A stretch of DNA of 52,542 bases from an uncultured Gammaproteobacteria bacterium (GCA_964621085.1 CAZUKY010000006.1:1-52542); one strand, 5' to 3'; shown: positions 9,706-20,055, numbered from the stretch's first letter. A program made the numbers and translations. The notes: generated by a model from the letters alone, not told the origin.

Positions 9706-12360
9706 TCAGGCCTGTCCCTGCGCGGTAGCGTCAAGTATACGCGCGCTGCGTGCGCGAGCGAAGAGCTTTTTAATCTCGAAGATAACGATTATTGAGAGCG
9801 AGATAGCCGCGATTGCGAGAATGTTTGTTATCGGAAGGGCTGCCAGTTCGAAGAGATTCCGCATTGCTGGAATGTTAATGAGGCCGATTGTTATCCCGAT
9901 TGATAACGCAGAGGCGCCGACAAGATATCTGTTCTCGAGCGGATTGATTTGAAATATGCTTTTATCAAATGAGCGGAAGTTGAAGGCGTTTGCGATCTCG
10001 AGAAAGATGAGTGCAATGAGCGTGTGCGTGCGCGCGAGCGTAACGTCTCCGGTCGCTTCCAAGGTGATCGTAAAGACCGCCAGCGAGACGCCGCCGATTA
10101 TCGTTCCGGTGAAGGCAAGTAGCTTGAGGAGCGATCTGTCCAGAATCGAAGAACTGACGCGTGGTTTGCGGTCCATAATATCCTTTGGCGCAGGATTGAA
10201 TCCGAGTGAAAGCGCCGACAGATTATCGGTTACCATGTTCATGAAAAGGATTTGGAGAGCCAAAAGCGGCAGGGGAAGACCGAACAGAGCACCGAAAAAA
10301 ATAACAAAGAGCTCGCCGTAGTTGAGCGACAATTGATAGACAACGAATTTTTGAATGTTGGCAAAGATGGTGCGGCCAGACTGTATGGCGGCGACGATCG
10401 TGCTGAAGTTGTCGTCTTTCAAGATGAGGTCGGCCGCCTCCCGGGAGACATCCGTGCCGTTTTTGCCCATGGCAACCCCGATGTGCGCTTCTTTGAGCGC
10501 TGGCGCGTCATTGACGCCGTCGCCGGTCATAGTGACGATGTCCCCGTTTTCTTTGAGGGCGCGTACGATTCGAATTTTGTGTTCGGGGCGGACCCGCGCG
10601 AAAACGGCAGTTTCCTTGAGAGCGACTTTGAGCTCGTCGTCGGTCATCCCGTCAAGTTCCGTGCCGGTAATCGTACCGCCGTCCAATCCGATCTCCCGTG
10701 CAATTTCAACCGCCGTTTCTTTGTTATCTCCCGTGATCATCTTGACGCGAATGCCGGCCCGCCTGCAGGACGCGAGCGCGTGGCGGACTTCCTCGCGCGG
10801 AGGATCGTCGATGCCGGCAAGTCCCAAAAAGACCAGCCCTTTTTCCGGGTCGCCGCTGCGGTAGGGTTTGAACGCAAGCGCGATGACACGCTCTTTTTTT
10901 TGCGCGAGGGCAGATTGGGCTTTTTCGATAGCAGTTTTGTATTCTTGGGTGAGTCGTACATTCTTGCCGTTTCTGCGCACAGCCGTGCAGCGGCCAAGAA
11001 GAACTTCCGGCGCGCCCTTGGCATAGACGGTTTCGCCGCTGTCTTCCGAGACATGAACTGACATCATTTTCCGCTCTGAGGAGAACGGCATTTCGCTGAG
11101 GCGCTGGATGTACAGATCGCTTTTGAAAAGGCCCGCTTTTGCGGCGGAAACCAGCAGCGCGCCTTCTGTTGGCGTTCCGATAAGTTTGTACTCGTCACCG
11201 TCTTCTCCGGTGCGCTCGATAAGCGCGTCATTGCACGTGGCGCCCGCCTTGAGAAGAAGTGTCAGATCGGGTTCCTGTGCGGGATCAACTTGGACAGCGT
11301 CGCGGAGGAAGGTTCCCGTAGCGCGGTATCCGGCTCCGGTAACTTCATATTCCCGTCCACCGCATACGATATGCTTGACCGTCATCTCACCTGTTGTAAT
11401 GGTTCCTGTTTTGTCGGAACAGACAACCGTCGTTTCGCCCAGCGTCTCGATGATTGACATGCGGTTGACGATGGCGTTTTTTTTCGCCATGGCATAGGCT
11501 CCGCCGGCAAGCGTCGACATCAAAACGACCGGAAGCCCTTCCGGGAATGCGGAGACCGAGAGCGCAAGTATGGTGACAAGGATCTCGATGCCGACGGCAG
11601 GAGTCAGCGGCTCGGCGCGAAGCAACAACGAGAGTCCGGTCAGTGCCGATACGCTCAGTGCGACGGTTACCATTATTTTTGCAATATGGTTGACCTTGTC
11701 TTGGAGTGGCATCTCTTTTTCGGCACCCGAAATCATCCGTGCTATTTTACCGAATTCGGTATTCATTCCTGTGTGCGTCACGCGCGCGAGCGCCGTGCCG
11801 CTGGTAATATGCGTTCCCATGAACAGCAGATGATCGCGATCGCGTTCGCTCTCTTCGCTGGCGCCTCGTTCAGGCGATGCGTTTTTTTCGACGTCCATGG
11901 ATTCGCCCGTAAGGATGGACTCGTCGAGGCGCAGCTCGTTGCACTCGAGAATGCGGCAGTCGGCAGGAACTTTTTCGCCGGTTCGCAAAATAATCACGTC
12001 ATCTGGCACCAGTTCGCGAGAAGGAATTTCGGTCTCGCGGCCGTTGCGGCGTGTGATCGTGAGGGGCATGATCATCTGCTTGAGAGACTGTATGGCGCGC
12101 TCGGCCTTGTATTCCTGAAAGAAACCGATGGCGATGATGATGCTGATGATCGCAAGAATGATGGAACCGGTAACGGTTTTGCCGACAAGAAAAGAAATAA
12201 TCGCCGCAGCGAACAATAGATAGGCGACGAAATTTTTTTTCACCTGCCGGATGAGAATAGTGGCAGGGGAGACGCGAAACAGGTCGCGAATTTCATTCGG
12301 ACCGAATTCCGCGAGTTTTGCCGCGGCTTGCTGTGATGTAAGTCCGAGAGATGTTTGCAT
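9706..12360 (-). CDS. Cation-transporting P-type ATPase, type II (Ca2+-ATPase-like)
   Basis: 884 aa. TGES, phosphorylation site DKTGTITTG, and MTGDGVNDAPALK. 10-TM layout. Confidence 0.9.
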   Translation of the reverse strand: MQTSLGLTSQQAAAKLAEFGPNEIRDLFRVSPATILIRQVKKNFVAYLLFAAAIISFLVGKTVTGSIILAIISIIIAIGFFQEYKAERAIQSLKQMIMPLTITRRNGRETEIPSRELVPDDVIILRTGEKVPADCRILECNELRLDESILTGESMDVEKNASPERGASEESERDRDHLLFMGTHITSGTALARVTHTGMNTEFGKIARMISGAEKEMPLQDKVNHIAKIMVTVALSVSALTGLSLLLRAEPLTPAVGIEILVTILALSVSAFPEGLPVVLMSTLAGGAYAMAKKNAIVNRMSIIETLGETTVVCSDKTGTITTGEMTVKHIVCGGREYEVTGAGYRATGTFLRDAVQVDPAQEPDLTLLLKAGATCNDALIERTGEDGDEYKLIGTPTEGALLVSAAKAGLFKSDLYIQRLSEMPFSSERKMMSVHVSEDSGETVYAKGAPEVLLGRCTAVRRNGKNVRLTQEYKTAIEKAQSALAQKKERVIALAFKPYRSGDPEKGLVFLGLAGIDDPPREEVRHALASCRRAGIRVKMITGDNKETAVEIAREIGLDGGTITGTELDGMTDDELKVALKETAVFARVRPEHKIRIVRALKENGDIVTMTGDGVNDAPALKEAHIGVAMGKNGTDVSREAADLILKDDNFSTIVAAIQSGRTIFANIQKFVVYQLSLNYGELFVIFFGALFGLPLPLLALQILFMNMVTDNLSALSLGFNPAPKDIMDRKPRVSSSILDRSLLKLLAFTGTIIGGVSLAVFTITLEATGDVTLARTHTLIALIFLEIANAFNFRSFDKSIFQINPLENRYLVGASALSIGITIGLINIPAMRNLFELAALPITNILAIAAISLSIIVIFEIKKLFARARSARILDATAQGQA

Positions 12361-12440
12361 GAAGATGAAAAAATACGTAATGCTAAAATATGGCCGCCGA
12401 CCAGTGGCGGGAATGCTTTTTTATAGTACTATAGTAGCAT

Positions 12441-13706
12441 ATGAGTAAAGCGGAATCACTCGGGCGAACTCTTTTTTCCCGAATTTTTTTCCTGATCGCT
12501 GTTTTGGGAGCAGGCGCGCTTTCATTTGGGGAAGGTGCCAATGCCGAGACGGCCGCGGATCGGACGATTCGGACGGCAAATTACTTTTTACAGGCAGGCC
12601 GCGACCTTTCCCCGCGACAATACGACACCCTTGCGCGATACGACGTCCTCATTCTTCCGATGGAATCGGCGGCATATAACCGCGATTTTTTCGCCTATGC
12701 CAGAAAAAAGAATCCGGATATCGTCATACTTGCGTATATTCCTGCGCGAAGCATTAATATCGCCGACATTGATGATGTTGCCGGGTATCGCCGGCAGCTG
12801 CTGCGCCTCGCGCGATCAGAGTGGCGATTGAAAACAGCGAACGGCGACCTTGCGGCAAGCTGGCCGAATACGATTCCAATGAACGTGACAACCGGTTGGC
12901 AGTGGCTCATGCCGTATGTGGTGCAGCATACCGTCCTGTCACCGGGTGTATGGGACGGCGTTTTCCTTGATGAGTTTGACGACGATCTGCTCGCGCTGGG
13001 CGACAATATCGACCTCGACGGAGACGGCAGTGTCGAGCTGCCGGCAGAGCAAGCGGCGCGCTGGCGCGCAGGAAACCGCGCACTGCTCATGAATATGCGC
13101 GCCGTGATAGGGCCGCAGAAGTATATCGTCATAAATGGCAGCTCCTTGCCGGAGTATGTGCCGTATATCAACGGCCGGATGTTCGAGGAATTCCCGACAC
13201 CATGGCAGGGGGCGGGGCGGTGGGAAGATTCCATGGACGCGTATCTCTGGATGCACGGCAAGGTCGCCGCGCCGCAGCTCTTTATCATCAATGGCGTTCC
13301 TCGCGTTGCCGGATACGAGGGCGATTACCAGCGCATGCGTTTTGCGCTTGGTTCGACACTGCTTGGCGACGGGTATTTTTCCTTCGATCCGGGGCGATTC
13401 TGGCACAAGGCGCTCTGGCGATATGATGAGTACGGCATTGCGCTCGGGCGCCCCCAAAGTCCCGCCTGGCTCGTCGGAAGCGAGGGACTGCAACGGATCC
13501 GACCCGGAATTTGGCGGCGCGACTTTGAAAGAGGAATTGTTATTGTGAACGCTACGGAAGAAAGCGCGGCCATTGATCTGGGCGGCACGTACGTTCGCTT
13601 CCGCGGCGTCCAGGATCCGAGCACGAACTCGGGCGGCGCGGTAGACCGCGTCATTATTCGTCCGCTGGATGCCGCCATTCTTCTTCGCACGACAAGCGGA
13701 CCGTGA
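12441..13706 (+). CDS. Secreted TIM-barrel-like protein, possibly glycoside-hydrolase-like (GHL15-type); function uncertain
   Basis: Signal peptide (FFLIAVLGAGALSFGEGANA). General resemblance to hypothetical glycosyl-hydrolase-like family proteins. No catalytic motif verified. Confidence 0.6.
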   Translation: MSKAESLGRTLFSRIFFLIAVLGAGALSFGEGANAETAADRTIRTANYFLQAGRDLSPRQYDTLARYDVLILPMESAAYNRDFFAYARKKNPDIVILAYIPARSINIADIDDVAGYRRQLLRLARSEWRLKTANGDLAASWPNTIPMNVTTGWQWLMPYVVQHTVLSPGVWDGVFLDEFDDDLLALGDNIDLDGDGSVELPAEQAARWRAGNRALLMNMRAVIGPQKYIVINGSSLPEYVPYINGRMFEEFPTPWQGAGRWEDSMDAYLWMHGKVAAPQLFIINGVPRVAGYEGDYQRMRFALGSTLLGDGYFSFDPGRFWHKALWRYDEYGIALGRPQSPAWLVGSEGLQRIRPGIWRRDFERGIVIVNATEESAAIDLGGTYVRFRGVQDPSTNSGGAVDRVIIRPLDAAILLRTTSGP

Positions 13707-13751
13707 CTCTTCCTCGAACCCTTGTGCGCCGCGGCGCGCTGTGATATAACG

Positions 13752-14168
13752 ATGGCAATGAGGTTACATGCCAAAAATTCAACTTTTTTCATGCGTTTAG
13801 CTGCCGCGATCGCGAGTGTTTCTTTTTTGATTCTCCTTTTTTCCGGCGCTTGCGTTATGTCGCCAGTTGTCGGAGGAGCGCTCGATAGTGTGTGTCCGCC
13901 GCTGAACATGTCAGGCAGTCTTGGCGGGCATGAGGCGCATCGTATTCCTGCGGATGTTTTTTCATTCGAGCTTCCGCGGGCATTCGATTTTGCCCCAGCG
14001 GGAGTCATCACTTTATTTCTGTCTGCCGCAGCAACGTTTGTTGCTCTTGCCGTCGTGACCGCCCTCTCGCTTGCGATTCGACCCCGCATTTTCCAACCGC
14101 CGCGGCTATATGAGAAGTTCGTGCGGCTTTTCTCTCGCGGCATTCTCCACGGACAATACTACGCATAA
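13752..14168 (+). CDS. Hypothetical membrane protein
   Basis: Two predicted TM segments (AAAIASVSFLILLFSGACV; VITLFLSAAATFVALAVVTALSLA). Co-directional with and directly upstream of the copper genes. Start uncertain. Confidence 0.45.
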   Translation: MAMRLHAKNSTFFMRLAAAIASVSFLILLFSGACVMSPVVGGALDSVCPPLNMSGSLGGHEAHRIPADVFSFELPRAFDFAPAGVITLFLSAAATFVALAVVTALSLAIRPRIFQPPRLYEKFVRLFSRGILHGQYYA

Positions 14169-14250
14169 CGAAGGCCATCAGACGGCTTGCGCGCATGCGC
14201 GTGCTGTTTAGATGGCATGTTTTCGTTATGCGTATTTTATTTGTTCCATT

Positions 14251-15630
14251 ATGAATGAAAATAAACTTAAACGGGCGCGCGTCCGCATCGATGGCATGAC
14301 GTGCGCAAGCTGCGAGATCTTGCTTGAGAGAAAGCTGAGTGCGGTTCCAGGTGTGGTTCGGGTAGATGTCAGTCATCGGCGGGGTTGTGCGGACATATAT
14401 TATGTCGATGCGCCGCGCATGTCGGATGTGCAGCGAGCAATTTCTGATACGAAGTATTCGGTATCTGCTTGGAAGCGGAGTGGGTCACAGCAGGAATCCG
14501 CAGTCTCGAGGAATACCCCGTATGATTATTTCGAGATCGGGTCGATTTTCCTTATCGTCATGGGACTGTATTTCATTCTGAGCCGGTTGAAGATCATTCC
14601 CGAGATGGCGGTGAGTGAGAGTATGGGTTACGGCGGCGTGTTTCTGATCGGCCTTGTCGCCGCCGCATCGACGTGCATGGCGGTTGCCGGAGGTCTTCTG
14701 CTGGGAGTCATGGCGCGCTATAGCGAACAGCACGCGCATTTCTCGCGTTTTCGCCGGTTTCAGCCCAACCTCTACTTTAATCTGGGGCGCATTCTGTCCT
14801 ATGCAGGATTCGGCGCGGCTATCGGGCTTGTCGGTTCGGCATTTTCGTTTTCGCCTCAGCTGACCGGATTCATAACAATCGGCGCGAGTATTGTCATGAT
14901 CCTCCTTGGGTTCAACCTCTTACAGATTTTCCCGCGGCTCGGGAGTGCGCGATTTGCGTTGCCTAAGTCATTCTCGCACCGCATTCATGCGCTCAGCGAG
15001 CGGCATCCGAAAGTCGGACCGCTTCTGTTGGGCGCCTCCACATTTTTCCTGCCGTGCGGATTTACTCAGGCGCTGCAGCTCTACGTCTTGAGTACGGGAG
15101 ATCCTCTGAAAGGCGCAATAACGATGACGCTCTTTGCGCTCGGCACGTTGCCTGCGCTTCTCGGGATTGGCGCGATCTCGAGTCTCGTAAAGGGGCGCGT
15201 CCAACGCATCTTTCTGAAGGTTGCCGGTGTCATCGTGCTTCTTCTCGGCGTGTTCAATATTGGAAGCGGAATGACGCTTGCCGGCATTTCAATTTCATTC
15301 CCGAACATGCAAAAAGACGAGCGTACTGCCCCTCTTCCGATCGTTGACGGCGTACAGCGGGCCGACATGACCGTGCGCGGGTACGATTATTACCCTCATC
15401 GTTTTACAGTCGTTCAGGGTGTCCCTGTCGAGTGGCGGATCGACGGTCGTGCGGCAGCCGGCTGCGGCAGCGTGCTGTTCTCGCCGAAGCTGAATATTGT
15501 CCAGCAGCTAAAACCTGATGGCATCACGACGGTTTCCTTTGTTCCGCAAGAGACCGGGGAGTTTCCCTTCAACTGCGGCATGGGCATGATGACGCGCGGT
15601 TCGGGGTTTACCGTCATTCCCAAAAATTGA
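14251..15630 (+). CDS. HMA domain + TauE/SafE-type permease + C-terminal cupredoxin-like domain fusion
   Basis: GMTCASCE metal-binding motif, then about 6 TM helices with a TauE/SafE-like pattern (FFLPCGFTQALQLY). C-terminal beta domain ends in FPFNCGMGMM. Confidence 0.8.
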   Translation: MNENKLKRARVRIDGMTCASCEILLERKLSAVPGVVRVDVSHRRGCADIYYVDAPRMSDVQRAISDTKYSVSAWKRSGSQQESAVSRNTPYDYFEIGSIFLIVMGLYFILSRLKIIPEMAVSESMGYGGVFLIGLVAAASTCMAVAGGLLLGVMARYSEQHAHFSRFRRFQPNLYFNLGRILSYAGFGAAIGLVGSAFSFSPQLTGFITIGASIVMILLGFNLLQIFPRLGSARFALPKSFSHRIHALSERHPKVGPLLLGASTFFLPCGFTQALQLYVLSTGDPLKGAITMTLFALGTLPALLGIGAISSLVKGRVQRIFLKVAGVIVLLLGVFNIGSGMTLAGISISFPNMQKDERTAPLPIVDGVQRADMTVRGYDYYPHRFTVVQGVPVEWRIDGRAAAGCGSVLFSPKLNIVQQLKPDGITTVSFVPQETGEFPFNCGMGMMTRGSGFTVIPKN

Positions 15631-15650
15631 TTCATGTACACTCAAAAAAT

Positions 15651-15878
15651 ATGAAAACCATTATGCGTATCCAGGGGATGCATTGCACCTCTTGCAAGGC
15701 GTTGATAGAGGACGTCTGCGGCGAGCTTCCCGGAGTCACCTCGTGCGATGTCGACGTTACGGCCGGCACTGCCACGCTGGAGCATGAGGAGTCATTCGAT
15801 ATCGAAGGCGCGGCAAAAGAAATCGAGACGCTCGGCGATTATCGAGTGGATACTGAAACGGGGCGAACCGCGGTATGA
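15651..15878 (+). CDS. copZ: Copper chaperone, HMA domain (CopZ-like)
   Basis: 75 aa with IQGMHCTSCKALIE (MxCxxC). Lies in the copper gene cluster. Confidence 0.8.
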   Translation: MKTIMRIQGMHCTSCKALIEDVCGELPGVTSCDVDVTAGTATLEHEESFDIEGAAKEIETLGDYRVDTETGRTAV

Positions 15879-15981
15879 CAAAAAACTATTGCGTATTCGA
15901 GGGCGAGCGGTTTTCAGTGTAATCGCTTAGCGTTTTTTGCAGCCTTTGCCGTAAGGATTTTTTGAGGTCCCCGCAAAAGGC

Positions 15982-16010
15982 TTGACAACCTCACTGAATA
16001 AATTTAATAT
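15982..16010 (+). promoter_or_regulatory. Sigma-70-type promoter for csoR-copA
   Basis: TTGACA (15982-15987), 17-nt spacer, TAATAT (16005-16010). Lies 39 nt upstream of the csoR ATG. Confidence 0.6.
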
Positions 16011-16029
16011 CCCCCCTAGGGGGATATTA
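16005..16029. promoter_or_regulatory. CsoR-type operator: 11-bp perfect inverted repeat overlapping the -10 box
   Basis: TAATATCCCCC-cta-GGGGGATATTA. The AT-flanked C-tract/G-tract palindrome is the architecture known for CsoR operators. Confidence 0.65.
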
Positions 16030-16048
16030 TTATTTTTACGTCAAAGCT

Positions 16049-16315
16049 ATGTATCGGCCAAAGACGCCAAAGGAACGCATTTTGCATCGTCTAAAGATCT
16101 CTCTCGGACAGCTGCAAACATCAATTCGAATGGTCGAGAACGACGAGTATTGCATCGATGTCATTCATCAGTTGCAAGCCGTGCAAAAGGCATTGCGTGA
16201 AACAGGGAATGTTCTCTTGGAAAATCACCTGCAGACCTGCGTCGCCTCAGCAATCCGGAAGGGAAAGGACGCAGAGGCTATCACGGAAATAATGACAATT
16301 CTTAATAAGTTATAA
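16049..16315 (+). CDS. csoR: Copper-sensing transcriptional repressor, CsoR family
   Basis: 88 aa. Cys-His-Cys ligand pattern (YCIDVIHQ ... LQTCV) in a DUF156-type helical protein. Precedes copA. Confidence 0.85.
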   Translation: MYRPKTPKERILHRLKISLGQLQTSIRMVENDEYCIDVIHQLQAVQKALRETGNVLLENHLQTCVASAIRKGKDAEAITEIMTILNKL

Positions 16316-16325
16316 TTCGGCCTAT

Positions 16326-19019
16326 ATGACGAATGAAAATAGCATTAATCCTCATGATGAGAAGGACGCTGGCAGTGCGGAAGATATTCCTATTCGGATG
16401 GTAAAAAATGATGGGGATGCGATCTCGTTCAAATACGAGACCTCGATAGAGGCGGTCGGTAGCATGAAAATCGATCCGCAGGGATCTCCTTATTTCGATG
16501 GAACGGTCTCTCAAAAGAAGCAAGGGGAAATTTCCGTGCCCAAGAGTGTGCAGGGCACAGAGCGGCTTGCCGATCTTTTCTTCAAATATTTCCGTCTTAA
16601 CGAAAATGGATCCGCGCTTTCCGGCGCGCGACAGCCTTCGGCACCAAAGGCGGAGCAGTCGGAATCCGACGGGCGCGAGCGGCGTTTGTCATTCGCCATT
16701 CACGGCATGCACTGCGCATCATGCGCGGCAATTATCGAGCGGCGCGTTAAAAAGCTTCCTGGCATCAGGGAGATCCATGTGAATTTTGCGGCCGAAAAAG
16801 CGCGAGTTTCTTTTGAAGAGGGTCTCGTAACCGAAGAGCATATCATTGCTGCAATCAAGAAGGCGGGGTATGGCGCCGTACGATCGGATGACAGCGATAC
16901 TGAGGCGGAGCGCATTCGACGCAGGGAAGAGGTCGCCGCGTACCGGAACAAGTTCATTGCGGGATTTATTCTCAGCGCACCGATGATCTACTTCATGCTG
17001 TTGGATTTCTTTTCATTTCTTCCTTTTCGCTCGGAACTCTTCCCGATCATTGGAATCATCTCATTCATTTTAGCGACACCGGTGCAATTGTATTTGGGGC
17101 TTGGATTTTATCAGGGAATGTGGTCGAGTCTGCGCATGAGGATGTTTAACATGGATTCCCTGATCGCAATCGGCACCAGCGCCGCGTATCTCTATAGTAT
17201 CGCGAATCTTGCGTTGTATTGGCTCGAGAAGGGCTCTCTCATCGGGATCGGCGGAGAAAAAATTCCCGAGTTGTATTTCGAGACAGCCGCTTTTTTGATC
17301 ACCTTTGTTTTGCTTGGCAAATGGCTTGAGAGCAAAACGAAGGGCGAAACATCTGAGGCTATCAAAAAACTTATGGGCCTGCAGCCAAAGATCGCACATA
17401 TCGTCCGCGAGGGGACGGTCCAGGATGTCTCTATCGAGCAAGTGGTTGCCGGAGATGTTTTACTCGTGAAACCGGGCGAAAAAATTCCGGTTGACGGGAC
17501 GGTCATCAAAGGGACGTCATCGGTCGATGAGTCGATGCTGACGGGCGAAAGCATGCCGGTCGATAAGAACGCCGGCGACGCGGTGATCGGCGCTACGATG
17601 AATAAAACAGGGAGTTTCGAGTTCCGCGCGACAAAAGTCGGCTCGGAGACTGCGCTCGCGCAGATCATTCGGCTTATCGAAGAAGCGCAAGGATCGCGCG
17701 CGCCGATTCAGGCGTTTGCCGACCGCATCTCGGCATGGTTCGTGCCGGCAGTGATCGGCATTGCGATTCTCACGTTCCTTGTCTGGTTTCTGGTTTTGAA
17801 AGCGTCGCTTGGTTTTGCCCTCATGGCCTTCACGGCTGTTCTTGTGATCGCGTGCCCGTGCGCGCTCGGTCTTGCGACACCGACGGCGCTTATGGTTGCA
17901 ACCGGAAAGGGCGCGGAAAGGGGCATTCTTATCAAGGGAGGAGAACCACTGGAAATGGCATGCAAGCTGAATGCGATCGTGTTTGATAAAACGGGAACGC
18001 TCACCAAAGGAGAGCCGGAAGTTACCGACGTGATCGCGCTCTCCGATGCGGATGAGGATGATATCGTCGCACGCGCAACGGCCCTTGAGCAAAAGTCGGA
18101 GCACTCGCTTGCCGAGGCCGTCTGTCGCTATGCAAAAGAAGAAGGGATCGAATCGCTTGAAGCACTCGGTTTCACGGCGATTCCGGGAAGGGGAGTGAGC
18201 GGCATGATTGAGGGATCGCTGTATTATTTCGGGAACCGGCGTCTAATCGAAGAGCATCTCGGCCTTTCGTCGGCAAAGATTGAGCGCAGGATGCGCAAGT
18301 TGGAAGAAGCCGGGAAGACCGCCATGATACTTGCATCAGAAAAAGAGATCCTCGGCATCATTGCTGTCGCAGACACTCTCAAAGAATCATCCCTTTCCGC
18401 AATAGAACAGCTCAAAAAAATGAAACTCGACATTTACATGATTACCGGGGATAATTCGCGAACTGCTGCGGCTATCGCCCGGCAGGTGGGCATCAGCAAT
18501 GTTCTTGCGGATGTGCTCCCTGAGGGGAAAGAAGAGGAGATCAGTAAGCTTCAGGAGCGCGGCCTGAAAGTCGCGATGGTCGGCGACGGCATTAACGACG
18601 CGCCGGCGCTGGCGAGGGCGGATCTCGGCATTGCCATGGGAAGCGGAACGGATGTGGCCATGGAAACCGGTGGAATCATTATCGTAAAAAACGATCTGCG
18701 CGATGTCATCACTGCCATTCAGCTTAGTAAGGAGACAATGACCAAAATTCGCCAGAATCTTTTCTTCGCACTGTTTTACAACGTGGCCGGCATTCCGATT
18801 GCGGCGCGGCTGTTTGCAGGCCTGGGTGTCATTCTTAAGCCGGAACTCGCAGGGCTTGCCATGGCGTTCAGTTCGGTTTCCGTTGTCAGCAACTCTCTCT
18901 TGCTGAAGCGATTCCGTCCGAATAAGACGAATGTCATTTCCCTGGTTGCTCCCGTTGCGCTCACGGTTATCTTTGCCATCCTTTTCTTCGCATTCGCGCG
19001 CATTAGTATGCCGGAATAA
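16326..19019 (+). CDS. copA: Copper-translocating P1B-type ATPase
   Basis: HMA motif [12 protein letters not shown], transmembrane [20 protein letters not shown]. About 125-aa N-terminal extension with no metal-binding motif. Confidence 0.92.
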   Translation: MTNENSINPHDEKDAGSAEDIPIRMVKNDGDAISFKYETSIEAVGSMKIDPQGSPYFDGTVSQKKQGEISVPKSVQGTERLADLFFKYFRLNENGSALSGARQPSAPKAEQSESDGRERRLSFAIHGMHCASCAAIIERRVKKLPGIREIHVNFAAEKARVSFEEGLVTEEHIIAAIKKAGYGAVRSDDSDTEAERIRRREEVAAYRNKFIAGFILSAPMIYFMLLDFFSFLPFRSELFPIIGIISFILATPVQLYLGLGFYQGMWSSLRMRMFNMDSLIAIGTSAAYLYSIANLALYWLEKGSLIGIGGEKIPELYFETAAFLITFVLLGKWLESKTKGETSEAIKKLMGLQPKIAHIVREGTVQDVSIEQVVAGDVLLVKPGEKIPVDGTVIKGTSSVDESMLTGESMPVDKNAGDAVIGATMNKTGSFEFRATKVGSETALAQIIRLIEEAQGSRAPIQAFADRISAWFVPAVIGIAILTFLVWFLVLKASLGFALMAFTAVLVIACPCALGLATPTALMVATGKGAERGILIKGGEPLEMACKLNAIVFDKTGTLTKGEPEVTDVIALSDADEDDIVARATALEQKSEHSLAEAVCRYAKEEGIESLEALGFTAIPGRGVSGMIEGSLYYFGNRRLIEEHLGLSSAKIERRMRKLEEAGKTAMILASEKEILGIIAVADTLKESSLSAIEQLKKMKLDIYMITGDNSRTAAAIARQVGISNVLADVLPEGKEEEISKLQERGLKVAMVGDGINDAPALARADLGIAMGSGTDVAMETGGIIIVKNDLRDVITAIQLSKETMTKIRQNLFFALFYNVAGIPIAARLFAGLGVILKPELAGLAMAFSSVSVVSNSLLLKRFRPNKTNVISLVAPVALTVIFAILFFAFARISMPE

Positions 19020-19051
19020 GTTCTTCAAGTGGGGTTTTAGGATGAGATGCA

Positions 19052-19094
19052 GCAAAAATGCGCAACGGCCGGTTGCGCATTTTTGCTTTGTTTT
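19052..19094. terminator. Bidirectional intrinsic terminator between convergent copA and the DUF2795 gene
   Basis: 15-bp perfect stem GCAAAAATGCGCAAC / GTTGCGCATTTTTGC with a 5-nt loop, followed by TTTGTTTT. Confidence 0.8.
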
Positions 19095-19099
19095 AAAAA

Positions 19100-19312
19100 T
19101 TATTGCATTCCGCCAAACTGCTTCATGAGATCCTGGGGTCCCTGGTACTCATCCCCGGGAATGTTTTGAAGCGTATCGATGACTTCTTGCGGCGCCCCTG
19201 CCTCGCGTGCCTTTGCGATCAGATCATTTTTCTTTGCCGGATAATCCGCGCCTCTCAGGTAGTTTTGGATTTCTGCCGGGCTGACGGCTTTTTTCTCCTG
19301 CTCTTCTGGCAT
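19100..19312 (-). CDS. DUF2795 family small protein
   Basis: MPEEQEKK...IQNYLRGADYPAKKNDLIAKAREAGAPQEVIDTLQNIP matches the DUF2795 pattern (YPAxKxxLi..A...GA). Internal ATG at 19312 preferred. Confidence 0.75.
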   Translation of the reverse strand: MPEEQEKKAVSPAEIQNYLRGADYPAKKNDLIAKAREAGAPQEVIDTLQNIPGDEYQGPQDLMKQFGGMQ

Positions 19313-19416
19313 ATGCGAAAAGCTTATGAACAAAGACGCATGAAGAATTGGCTTCTCCAAAGCGCATATACAATGACGGGACGCGTAGCCATCTCTTACG
19401 CACAGAGGAGTCGCCG

Positions 19417-19602
19417 CTATTTTTTCTTCGGCGGCAACTTCTTCCGTTTGGTCTCGGCCATTTTCTTGAGGTCGTATTCGCTCATCGACTCGGCCATCTG
19501 ACGGGACGCGCCATAGAGTTCGCTCTTTTTTATTTCGCCGCGCTTCGCGGAGAGCGCTGCGCCGGCAGCCATTTGCTGTTTTTTTGAGTGCGCTTTGGGC
19601 AT
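19417..19602 (-). CDS. DUF3008 family small basic protein
   Basis: MPKAHSKKQQMAAGAALSAKRGEIKKSELYGASRQMAESMSEYDLKKMAETKRKKLP closely follows the DUF3008 consensus as I remember it. Confidence 0.7.
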   Translation of the reverse strand: MPKAHSKKQQMAAGAALSAKRGEIKKSELYGASRQMAESMSEYDLKKMAETKRKKLPPKKK

Positions 19603-19775
19603 AGGTACGATTGCGTTGTTAGATAGAATGGTACGCAATGGAAAGAAAAAAGTTACCCACCATTTTTATTCTTTTGCTGTAGACATTCTTTCAGACAAGC
19701 GATTCTTTCCTGTGTCATTTTCTCCCACGCGCACGTATAGAGGTATAGAACCCCAGAGAGAAAGGAGGTGGATAT

Positions 19776-20027
19776 ATGCAACGCAATCAAAATCAAGAGC
19801 GTGAAAAAGGGAAGATGAGCGTCGGAGAGGCTGGAAAAAAGGGTGGTGAGAGAACCGCTGAGACCCACGGCCGCGAGTTCTACCAGGAGATCGGGCATAA
19901 GGGCGGTGAGACGGTCTCTCGAGAGCGCGGTCCAGAATTCTATTCCGAGATCGGCAAAAAAGGCGGCGAAAAGCGCGGCCAAGAGATGCACGAGGCTGCC
20001 GAGCGGCGACGAGAGGAGGAGGAATGA
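19776..20027 (+). CDS. KGG-repeat general stress protein (YciG-like)
   Basis: Repeated KGGE...GxEFYxEIGxKGGE units. AAGGAGGTG Shine-Dalgarno upstream. Confidence 0.8.
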   Translation: MQRNQNQEREKGKMSVGEAGKKGGERTAETHGREFYQEIGHKGGETVSRERGPEFYSEIGKKGGEKRGQEMHEAAERRREEEE

Positions 20028-20029
20028 AC

Positions 20030-20055
20030 AAAAGCCCCGCACGTGCGGGGCTTTT
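20030..20055. terminator. Bidirectional intrinsic terminator
   Basis: AAAA-GCCCCGCAC/GTGCGGGGC-TTTT between the convergent genes ending at 20027 (+) and 20079 (-). Confidence 0.8.
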
